Below are positions 23,269 to 32,642 of a stretch of DNA of 64,000 nt, in pieces. The notes under the pieces are model-generated. The model did no database searches. It was given only the letters and a program-made list of their open reading frames with translations, and was not told the DNA's origin. Numbering within the stretch: position 1 is the stretch's first letter; each line of letters opens with the position of its first letter. Both the position numbers and the translations under genes were made by a program. The stretch comes from Monocercomonoides exilis PA203. Lineage: Eukaryota > Protista > Preaxostyla. The stretch is taken from contig LSRY02000023.1 of the NCBI GenBank assembly GCA_001643675.2, positions 124,001 to 188,000 of the forward strand. Direction: 5' to 3'.

Positions 23269-26200
23269 TCATTTGCCACTCAAGCTCTCTGTTCCTGTGC
23301 TTTCAATCATGATGTTGCTTTCATCTATCGTGTCATTGTCTCTGTCACTTGTTTTGTTGTCTCCTTTCAGACCTTCAAAGCTTTCATATATTGCATCCGA
23401 TTGTGTTATCATCATCGCTGCTCCTGGCATCCGAACAAACATCTCCCTCCGAAAATCCACAACGCTCGGCCGATCCTCTCCTGCACTCAACAGACATCTC
23501 CGAGCCACTTCTTCAAACTTTCCACTTCTCATCCTCTGCACATCCGGCCTCTCCCCATTTGCAATCTTATCTCCAGCTGTCTCTGCATCATACTCCCCAA
23601 ACGGGATCTGCAGCGTCAGGCACTCCCACAGCATCATCCCAATCGAAAACACTACGGATTTTTGTGTCGCTTTCATCTTCTTGTTCATCAGAAGCTCAGG
23701 TGCTTTCCATCTTAAGCATTCATTTTTGTTGTCTTTATCATCCTCAAAGGCAGATGAGGGCAAATAGTCCTCCTTCTCCTCCTCATTACCATCACTTGCA
23801 GATGTCACAATCGTGGTTGACGAGATTGAGGATGAATCTGAATCATCAGATGAAAAATCTGAGTGGAGAGCAATGCAGATCACCATGTGTTCAGAGAGCA
23901 GAACAATATGAGGGCTCAAGTTTGATAAAGAGGGAAGTTCATCTTCCTCATCCTCAAATGAGTGGAGAGCTCCATTCGCCACCCAGAACATGATCTGAGA
24001 TGCTGTTTGCTCCCTTTCCTGCAAAGTGCCAATAGCCATTTCCTTCTTCTCGTTTCTTCCATGCAGCAACATGAACAGCGAGTCTCTCAGATCCACAATC
24101 AGCTTTTCATGTGGAGACGAGCAGGCCATTGCATCCACCAGATTTGACATCGATGAGGTGGTGGGGCACAGACTCTCCGATCGAACAAATGTTGTGTCTG
24201 TGTCTGAAGTGTCTGTCGTGGAAGTGGATGAAATGGATGGTGATGGTGATCTCTTTCTTGTCTCTTCTTCCTCAATTTCCTTTTCCTCAACCTTTTCCAG
24301 TGCCCATTCTGGGATCTTGTCTGAATCTTTTCCCAGAATGTATTCTGTTGATCCGCTCTCGCTCAGCAAATACTCTTCTGACTCCGAATGCGCCATCTTC
24401 TTTCCACACATCCTCCTCTTTGCATTCTCCTCGTTCTTCTTCTCTGCCTCTCTTTCTGCTCTTCGCCACTGCTCCTCAGGCGACATCTCCATCGTCACCA
24501 TCTCAATCAGCTTTGGATCCTTTTTCACTGTGTCTTCCACAATTATCTCCAATTCTTTTGTTCTTCTCTTTTGCTTTCTCCATCGAACAACAAATATTAT
24601 AAATCCAATCAAAGCAATAACAAACAGCACTGCAAATATCACAATCACAATCAATGCCCATGAAGACTTTCCTTCTTTTCCTCCTTCAACGAGATTTCCA
24701 TCATCTTTTGGCTCAGTTGCACTTTTGTTCTTCAGGACAAATGAATCAGTTGATGATGGTTTATCAGCGCTCCCAAACAGAATATGCACACTCACTTCTG
24801 CTTCACTTGCCACCCCTTCAACTGTCTTGACAGGAACAGACCCATGCACCTCTTCTTCGGATATGAAACCGCTTTCATCAAACGAATACTTCTCAACCAC
24901 CTCCTCATCCCCAATCGCTGCAACTGTCTTGAACGAGAGGTTGCACGGAAGGAGAACTGATCCTCTGAACACAACATCCACCACTTCCCCTGACTTTTCC
25001 GATGACACACTCTCCACCCTCGGGATGAAAAACGCAGATGCTCTTTCTCCTGCTATCCCTTCCAGTGTGCATCCTTCATTCAATATCCACAACGATGTAT
25101 TTGGCAACACTCCATCCCCTCCTTTCAAGCTCGTAACTTTCAATTTAGCGGAGCTTTCACACAAAACATTCCGCCTTGCCGATACATAATTCGCTATCGA
25201 CGGGTTGTTGTTCATGAATTCCCCTTTTTCAATCTCCACACTTCCACCTGACAACGAAAGCCCGCCTTTCTTCAAGTTGCTGATTGTTGTATCTTTCATC
25301 AGAGCATTGCTGGATTGAACATCCACAACTGACCCATTCCATTTGCAGATCTCTTCCATTCTGCCATTTCCCCCCCATTCTTCTCTTGTCTCATCTTCAA
25401 AACCTCCAAGGAAGCTGCAGGAATCAAAACCCACATCAACACAATTATCCACGGACACAATCGATCCTTTCTCCTTTGGGCTCAAACACTTTCCAAATGA
25501 ACAGTTCAACAGAATAACATTTTTCACCACATTCTGCATTTTCACCACACTTCCACTTCTTGAGAGGGCGATATTCTGAATATCCAACATTTTCATCTCC
25601 ACTCTTGCTCTGTTTCCAACTTCAATCACATTTCCCTCTGATTCCAAATTATCTATTCTTGTTTCTGAAATGGTTGCTTCAGATCCCCCAACAAATTCTA
25701 TCAAAGGCACACACAATTTCATTCTCGTGAATGCACACTTGTCCATCTCCAGTTCTCCCCCTTCAACTGCCATTATCGTGCTGGAAATGATCAATTCAGT
25801 TGTGGATGACAAACATTCGCATTCTCTCATCATTGTTGTTCCGTTCTTCACTTTCATTATGTACCTGTGATTTGCTTCGTGCAACTCCCCAAACTCAAAC
25901 ACACACCGCTCCACAACACACTCATTCACAAACACAATCACACTCCCTTCATTTCCCATCTCTTGAATTGTTGCATTGAAATGGACTGTCGCCTTCATCT
26001 TCTTAATTGACTTCACATTCAAATCTCCAATCACACATTCTCCTCCAATATCTCCTTCTTCATCAATAAAAATCACATTCATTATCGCCTTTTGAATGTG
26101 ATCCACGCTGCAGCTGATGCTTTTGCAAGGATTCATCTGCTCTCCACACTGTCGCATATCCCTCCCGTTCGCATTCACAAACACCTGCTGCCCATAATAG

Positions 26201-29200
26201 AATGTGATCAGCGGGATCAGATCAATATCTGTTTTCTCTTCATCGCTTCCACAAATCGAGTTGTTCGACTTCAATGACTCCTGGCTGAAGTCCAATGAAA
26301 ACAATTTTTCATTGATCTGCTTTTCAATCCGGTTGCATCGGATGAACACGTCCTTCCCCACATACGCATCATTCATTGTGAATCTTGTTCTTTCAATCAT
26401 TATTCCTAAAGGTGGTGCATCTTCTGTTTCTGTCTGTGCTCCATCCAAACCAGATGCATCTATCATCAGCCCTCCTCCTCTCCCCTTCACCACTGAGCAC
26501 GAGCACATCCCAAACATGCAACCACTCACTCTCAACTCACTCTCTCTGCTCTTCAAACTCACTTTCATCCCTCCTCCCTCTTCGCTCCACTCACTCAGAC
26601 ACTTCGTCATCACACACCCTTCCATCAAACATCTCATTCCACATTCAAATGAACCAGCACTCACAATTGTGGCTCTGTTTTCACTGCATGTGATGTTTGT
26701 GAATGTTGAGCTGTTGATGCTCAACAACATCACTCCATCTTCATCCACATTCTCTTTATTTCTCAACAACGTTGCTTCTTTCAATGATCTTTCTGATAAG
26801 AGAGCAGATTCACTGATTGATATCAGACTTCTTCCAGAAACACTCGTGTCACTGATCGACAGATTCATCACATCTGCCACTTTCACATCTGAGGACAATT
26901 CCATAAATCCTTGTAACAAATGGAATTCTTTCATAGCACAGTCTTCGATCGCCACTCTCCCTCCATCCACCATCACCAAACAGAAATTCGTTTCTTTTGA
27001 AGCATCCTCACTCACAAATGAGCAGCTTCTCACAAAAAGTGCCCCACCCCCTGATGATGATTTGATGAATGCCAGATGATGAACAAGCACATTTAGTAGA
27101 ACAAATGAAACATTCATAAACGAGAGAATCACTTCTGAGGCAACCATTGCTTCTTCCATCTCTTCTTCATTCTCTTCTTCAACCCTCAGCACTGTTCCAT
27201 TTTCTTCTCCTTCTATTGATATTTTTGGTGTGTCTGAATCTGTCTGAATCAAATGCAATGAATTCTGAAGAATCACAAATTCAACAATTATCACATGTGA
27301 TTCACTTCTTCCAAGTGTTCCATATCTCAGCGATATCAAGTGATTGATTGATGAGCATGGTGCTTCTGAATACCCACACCCACTGAAGTCTCCTCCTTTC
27401 TCTTTCGAAACATAACCTTTCTCGCTCCAATTTGACCACAAATACACAACCAGTGGAATCACATATCCCTCTCCTGTTGCCTTCCTCTCCCATCCACACA
27501 ACTCATCCAATGATCCCAGCTCCTGTGGACTCATCTCCCATTTGAAATGATCATCGTTCACAATTACATTCAGATCCCATCCCGAAATAAACACATTCTT
27601 CCCTTTCCAGGCATTGCACCCCTCAAATTCCATTCCTTCCAAAACAAATAATCCCATTTGATTGGGAAGTTCAACAAACATCCCTCCTCCCAATCCTTGC
27701 GCCCCACTCTCACCTTCACCAGATGACACTTCACATCCTTCAAACTTCACCTCCTTCATCTTCAAGCTCCCTCCATTTCCAACTGCTATCATTATCCCAC
27801 CTCCTCTTCCATTTGAGTCTGCTTCGTTCTCTGCCTTGCAACTATCAAATGTGGTTGACCCATTGATCACAACCTCTTCATCTTTGCCGATCGAAATTTT
27901 CATTCCTCCACCGCAACCGTCTTTCTCCTCAACACCACATTCACTGAATGTGCAACCAGAAACAACGATAATAACAACAACAGAAACATCTCCATCCTCA
28001 CTTTCACTTTCACTTTCCTCACGTATTCTTTCCAAACAGCTTCCCCCTCCAGTTCTCCTCGTTATTCCAGTGAGAACACAATTCGATAGTTCAGCAATAC
28101 CATCTCCAGTGCATTTTATAATTGAATTTGACAAGGTGTTTATTGGACCTTTGTTCGAAAAGCCTGTCATGTGCAGCTCTCCTCCATCGATATGAAAAAC
28201 ACAGTATTCAATTTCATTTGGAAAGTTTCCAGCGAAAGGCTCAACTGAACAATCACAGACACTCAAAACATTTGAAGAGGAAAGGACGAATGATGAGGCA
28301 AGAGAAAGAGTTGATGGAAGAGAAAAGCACATATCTTTCAGCAATGCTCCTGATGAAATACAAATCAAACAATCTGAGTCAAACAGAGGAGAAGGCACAA
28401 CAACATTAACGGCAGTGTCTCCAATTGATCCTGTCACATTCCAAAAATGTCTTTCCATCACAATCTCTTCACGGAGCACAAATCCATTTTTGATTCTGAT
28501 TGTTCTTGTTTCATCCCCATACCACACCCCAACCACTTTTTTGATCGATGAGCACGGATACCGCTCCATTCCACATCTGCTGAAGTCCAAGCTTTTCTCT
28601 CCTCCCACAAATCCAACATCCCCTGCTTCCATCAAAAATGGAAGAAGTGGTGCACACTCCTCCCGGCACCCATCCTCATATCCCAATAAGTCACTGTCTA
28701 TCATCCCCTCACACTCAAAGCCAAATGTGGCCTTGTTCACAACATCTCTCAAGCACTGTGCATTAACAAATATATTGTTCCCTTTTTCTGCTTGGCAACT
28801 CTCAAAAGAAGCACAATAGATACAAAAAGAACAACCCTCATCAACAACATCCAAATAAACAGCTCCACCGTATCCTCCAACTCCATTTCCCTTCCCCACA
28901 CAGCTGCAATTGCTGAATGTCACATTATCAACATTCTCATCACCACTTTCACTTGAGATATTCCCAATCTCCATCTGTGAGCCTTCATTGAGCTGAATCC
29001 ACATCCCTCCTCCACACCCATCCTCACATTCACAATTCCTCATCATTCCTCCTGAGATATTCATCTTCATCCCATACACCAGACTCCCACAAATCACACT
29101 TCCATCTCCACTCATCCGAGAAATCCCATTAACCTCGACTCCCTTCATCTGGAAAGATAATGAGTGCTCTCCCCTGATCTCGAATGCAGAAACTGATGAA

Positions 29201-31440
29201 AATGATATTCCACTAATCTCAACAGAGTCAAAAATGATAGATCCCATCTGGATGATCATAAGTGATGCTGATAATACACGTTTTTCATCGTTTGTCAATG
29301 AAGTGATTACACACTCACACATATTCAGAACTCCTTCTTCTGCCAGCACTTCCATCAGATGAGACGATGGATTCTCTCCACAAACAAATGTCATGTTTCT
29401 GAAACTTCCCATTCCTGTTCCAATGGCCACCAACGATTCTCCATTTGGTGATCTGTTGTGAACAATCACTTGTGTTTTATCTTTTCCATCAAACGATATC
29501 TTCATTTTTCCAACTTCAACTTTGTTTTCTTCATAATCCCCAACTTCAATGATCACTTCATTGCTGCTTCCATCAGTATCCAGCACACTCATTCCATATT
29601 CAATTGTTTTGCATCTCCTTCCATATTCATCTCCTGCCCTCACAAACCCACAGGCCATGTGATCCAGTCCTTCCATTGAGTTCACAAACACTGGGTTGAA
29701 GTGGATCTTTGGAATCCAATTGTTGTATTCTGTTGATCCTTTGACCACTCGATTGCTGTTTGCACTTGTGCTTGAACGACAATGCACAAACGAATTTTCA
29801 TTGATGTTTGTCCATCCCTCAACAACATAAACATCATGTCCCGGATTCACAGCTGTGTTATTCGAAAAAAAGCAGAACAATGTTGGTGAATCATTGATTC
29901 CTGTAGCATGATTCCAGCATACACCTGCTCCATTATTTTCGCTGAACCCACCACAAAACGAACAATCAGAAATCACAGCAGTTCCATTGTCAAATAACCC
30001 AACACTTCCACCTCCACTGAATTCCGTTGTGTTCTTTCTACAACAATAAAAGTGACAATTTTCAATAATCCCTTGATATTCATTGTGCTCAATCAATATC
30101 CCACCTCCAATATGTTTTGTTGAACTGTTCGAACAATTTGTGTTCTTCATCGAAAATGTTGAAACAAAAAAGAAATCAATGCAGCCCGATGATGCTTCTG
30201 CAGCGCCTGAATCAAATTTGGATGAAGTAATTTCAAAATTTTTACCACCCGTTCGAGAAGAAATTGCTCCACCACACCAAGTGCAATAGCATGAATAAAA
30301 TTTGCACAGTGTCACATTTATCAGTCCAGAAGATGTGAAAAGTATTGCACCACCATTAACTCTCGATGAATTTTCAGTTGAAAGGTTATTGAAATCACAA
30401 TCCACAAATGTTGCATCACCTGAGTCAACAACTTGACTTTTCATTGTCTTGTTTCCTATCACTGGATCTGCATTATCTCTCCGAATGCATTGAAAATAAC
30501 TCGAATTCCAGGCGAAGAAATGATGATATCCTGAACGCATCCCTTCGACCAATCCTCCACCAAGTGGAGAATCCACTTTCTCGACAACGCATCCAGTGAA
30601 AGAATAATCATTTTTCGAGTTGCCCATCGAATGGTAATTGTTTTGGATTCTTGCGCTTTGTGAGATATTCGAAAAATGGCAGTTGAAAACTGATATTTTC
30701 CAAATGTTTGCGCTTGCCAAAAGAGAAGTTGATCTTCCAAGAAAAAATGAAGAAAAATCTGAATCAATGATTTTCAAGTCTTTTTTCATTTTCTCTGAAC
30801 TCGTTTTTTCACAACCAACAAATGGTTCAATAATTTCTCCAATTTCAGCACTCAAATAAGAAGTGTTGCTCAGAATCAAATGACCTTCATTCAGTGTGAA
30901 TAAATAATCACTTGATGCTCCATATTGATGGATTGAACAACAATGAACAAGAACTGTGGACAAGTTGTTGATGAACATGAGAGATATGCTCTCTTCTTTG
31001 AAAAAGGACAAATATTTCATTTCACAACTCGAATTTCCAAAATTGATCATCGCCATCACAGTGGATCTTTGGTTGCGAAAAACTCTTTTTGAATCACCAA
31101 TTGTCTTTAACTGCCAACTCTCATTTAATTCATGATTGTTCAAATCCTTTAATTCTCCTCTTTTTTCTTTTGAAAAATATCCTCTCTGTTTTTGCATCAA
31201 CCTGGGTGTTTCAGCATCTTTATCAGTAATTTTGTCTTTATTCACATTATCATTTGCATTGAAGCTATGAATATTTAATCCATCAAGAATTTCGCCTGAG
31301 CGGTCGTAGAATAATTGTCGATTCAAAATATGTTCATTTGGAGAACAGACATCAAATTTCAAACCATTGGCCTCATGCTTGCCAACAATCTCAAAGCTGA
31401 TTAACAAGGCTATCCAGACAAACAAATGCAGCAAACTCAT
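23269..31440 (-). CDS. 2723-aa intronless receptor-like protein: signal peptide, pectin-lyase-like beta-helix ectodomain, one TM helix, degenerate (pseudo)kinase C-terminus
   Basis: N-terminal hydrophobic leader; repeated GGAI/GGGM..F..C motifs; TM WALIVIVIFAVLFVIALIGFIIFVV-RWRK; kinase C-lobe RWKAPELL..VFSIGMMLWECLTLQIPF..GERP..RP. Confidence 0.88.
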   Translation of the reverse strand: MSLLHLFVWIALLISFEIVGKHEANGLKFDVCSPNEHILNRQLFYDRSGEILDGLNIHSFNANDNVNKDKITDKDAETPRLMQKQRGYFSKEKRGELKDLNNHELNESWQLKTIGDSKRVFRNQRSTVMAMINFGNSSCEMKYLSFFKEESISLMFINNLSTVLVHCCSIHQYGASSDYLFTLNEGHLILSNTSYLSAEIGEIIEPFVGCEKTSSEKMKKDLKIIDSDFSSFFLGRSTSLLASANIWKISVFNCHFSNISQSARIQNNYHSMGNSKNDYSFTGCVVEKVDSPLGGGLVEGMRSGYHHFFAWNSSYFQCIRRDNADPVIGNKTMKSQVVDSGDATFVDCDFNNLSTENSSRVNGGAILFTSSGLINVTLCKFYSCYCTWCGGAISSRTGGKNFEITSSKFDSGAAEASSGCIDFFFVSTFSMKNTNCSNSSTKHIGGGILIEHNEYQGIIENCHFYCCRKNTTEFSGGGSVGLFDNGTAVISDCSFCGGFSENNGAGVCWNHATGINDSPTLFCFFSNNTAVNPGHDVYVVEGWTNINENSFVHCRSSTSANSNRVVKGSTEYNNWIPKIHFNPVFVNSMEGLDHMACGFVRAGDEYGRRCKTIEYGMSVLDTDGSSNEVIIEVGDYEENKVEVGKMKISFDGKDKTQVIVHNRSPNGESLVAIGTGMGSFRNMTFVCGENPSSHLMEVLAEEGVLNMCECVITSLTNDEKRVLSASLMIIQMGSIIFDSVEISGISFSSVSAFEIRGEHSLSFQMKGVEVNGISRMSGDGSVICGSLVYGMKMNISGGMMRNCECEDGCGGGMWIQLNEGSQMEIGNISSESGDENVDNVTFSNCSCVGKGNGVGGYGGAVYLDVVDEGCSFCIYCASFESCQAEKGNNIFVNAQCLRDVVNKATFGFECEGMIDSDLLGYEDGCREECAPLLPFLMEAGDVGFVGGEKSLDFSRCGMERYPCSSIKKVVGVWYGDETRTIRIKNGFVLREEIVMERHFWNVTGSIGDTAVNVVVPSPLFDSDCLICISSGALLKDMCFSLPSTLSLASSFVLSSSNVLSVCDCSVEPFAGNFPNEIEYCVFHIDGGELHMTGFSNKGPINTLSNSIIKCTGDGIAELSNCVLTGITRRTGGGSCLERIREESESESEDGDVSVVVIIVVSGCTFSECGVEEKDGCGGGMKISIGKDEEVVINGSTTFDSCKAENEADSNGRGGGIMIAVGNGGSLKMKEVKFEGCEVSSGEGESGAQGLGGGMFVELPNQMGLFVLEGMEFEGCNAWKGKNVFISGWDLNVIVNDDHFKWEMSPQELGSLDELCGWERKATGEGYVIPLVVYLWSNWSEKGYVSKEKGGDFSGCGYSEAPCSSINHLISLRYGTLGRSESHVIIVEFVILQNSLHLIQTDSDTPKISIEGEENGTVLRVEEENEEEMEEAMVASEVILSFMNVSFVLLNVLVHHLAFIKSSSGGGALFVRSCSFVSEDASKETNFCLVMVDGGRVAIEDCAMKEFHLLQGFMELSSDVKVADVMNLSISDTSVSGRSLISISESALLSERSLKEATLLRNKENVDEDGVMLLSINSSTFTNITCSENRATIVSAGSFECGMRCLMEGCVMTKCLSEWSEEGGGMKVSLKSRESELRVSGCMFGMCSCSVVKGRGGGLMIDASGLDGAQTETEDAPPLGIMIERTRFTMNDAYVGKDVFIRCNRIEKQINEKLFSLDFSQESLKSNNSICGSDEEKTDIDLIPLITFYYGQQVFVNANGRDMRQCGEQMNPCKSISCSVDHIQKAIMNVIFIDEEGDIGGECVIGDLNVKSIKKMKATVHFNATIQEMGNEGSVIVFVNECVVERCVFEFGELHEANHRYIMKVKNGTTMMRECECLSSTTELIISSTIMAVEGGELEMDKCAFTRMKLCVPLIEFVGGSEATISETRIDNLESEGNVIEVGNRARVEMKMLDIQNIALSRSGSVVKMQNVVKNVILLNCSFGKCLSPKEKGSIVSVDNCVDVGFDSCSFLGGFEDETREEWGGNGRMEEICKWNGSVVDVQSSNALMKDTTISNLKKGGLSLSGGSVEIEKGEFMNNNPSIANYVSARRNVLCESSAKLKVTSLKGGDGVLPNTSLWILNEGCTLEGIAGERASAFFIPRVESVSSEKSGEVVDVVFRGSVLLPCNLSFKTVAAIGDEEVVEKYSFDESGFISEEEVHGSVPVKTVEGVASEAEVSVHILFGSADKPSSTDSFVLKNKSATEPKDDGNLVEGGKEGKSSWALIVIVIFAVLFVIALIGFIIFVVRWRKQKRRTKELEIIVEDTVKKDPKLIEMVTMEMSPEEQWRRAEREAEKKNEENAKRRMCGKKMAHSESEEYLLSESGSTEYILGKDSDKIPEWALEKVEEKEIEEEETRKRSPSPSISSTSTTDTSDTDTTFVRSESLCPTTSSMSNLVDAMACSSPHEKLIVDLRDSLFMLLHGRNEKKEMAIGTLQEREQTASQIMFWVANGALHSFEDEEDELPSLSNLSPHIVLLSEHMVICIALHSDFSSDDSDSSSISSTTIVTSASDGNEEEKEDYLPSSAFEDDKDNKNECLRWKAPELLMNKKMKATQKSVVFSIGMMLWECLTLQIPFGEYDAETAGDKIANGERPDVQRMRSGKFEEVARRCLLSAGEDRPSVVDFRREMFVRMPGAAMMITQSDAIYESFEGLKGDNKTSDRDNDTIDESNIMIESTGTESLSGK

Positions 31441-32255
31441 TTTGAAATTTAATATGGGCTTTGAGTTTTTTCAATTTTATTTTGCAATAATGTCATATTA
31501 ATCAGTGCTTCAAAAGCACCTCAAAGTTATTGTTGCGAAAAATGTGACAGACCATAATGATTTAAATTGTGATCAATGTTAATAAAAAATGCGAAGATTT
31601 CTTGACATTTGCTTTTTCTTTATCTTGCTAGATAATAATTGGACAGAGAATAATGATGGATTTTCTATTCAAAAAATTATTGATGAATGCGTTTGTTTGT
31701 TTGTATTTTATTTTTTATTACGAATATATCGTGAATGTGAAGCAAAATTTTCATTTTATAACTTAAACATTGCTACAGAAGGTTGAAAATCAGTGTCTGC
31801 ATCTCTTAAAATGCAACCACAAAATAATGAGCAAACATCTATCTATTTTTTCAAAGCAATTCTTTTATTCGAGAAGCAATTATCTGAATTTGAATGTTAT
31901 TTCTGGAGAAACCATATCGATAAAGCCTATTGAAAAACAAGATGAGCCGTTCATTACATATTTTTTGCTGCATTATTGAAAGTAGAACGCAATGATTTAT
32001 TCAACGATGATTTCAACAATGGCAGAACGCTGTAGAAAGACGGCTCATCGTTTCTTTTCAAAGATGGGTTAAAATGATATTTGAATGTTTCCGTTTTAAT
32101 GAAGTTTTTTAAAAATCACATTGAAGGATTATCGCACTGAAACGTTGAGCATTTCGATTCATCTATAAATTCACTCTGTTGATAACAAATACACCAATTT
32201 GCTTCTTGTTCGGAGTCTTCAATATCAATCCCTACGTTGCTCATTACATCCTCCC

Positions 32256-32332
<77 letters not shown>
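32256..32332. repeat. (TTA)n microsatellite, about 25 units
   Basis: Directly visible. Confidence 0.95.
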
Positions 32333-32642
32333 GAAAAACAAATCATATCCTTTTAAAAAATAATGTATAGACAAATGAGTTTAACTAATTAACACTTTTA
32401 CACATTAATGAATGCAAAAACTAAAAGCAATCAAAATAAAGAAGAGATATTGGCCTTATGAAATGTCTTTCATTGGGTAATCAATATGAAATGAGTGGAA
32501 CGACGTTTTAATATGAAATGCTGCAAAAAAAAAATGTTTAATTTGCAATGAAATGAAACAAGTGAAAAGCAAAATCAAATGAAAAAGCCAAAATACAAAA
32601 GGAAAATTTGGGTAAATAAATGTTTTCTTTTAAATAAAAAAC

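Noticed and set aside
32116-32370. Poly-Asn and poly-Ile ORFs
   Set aside because: Translations of the (TTA)n microsatellite
32450-32642. Possible extra exon after the Hsp110-ACD stop (GT directly after TAA, TTGCAG about 120 bp later)
   Set aside because: It follows an in-frame stop after a complete ACD; at most a 3' UTR intron, which cannot be supported without transcripts
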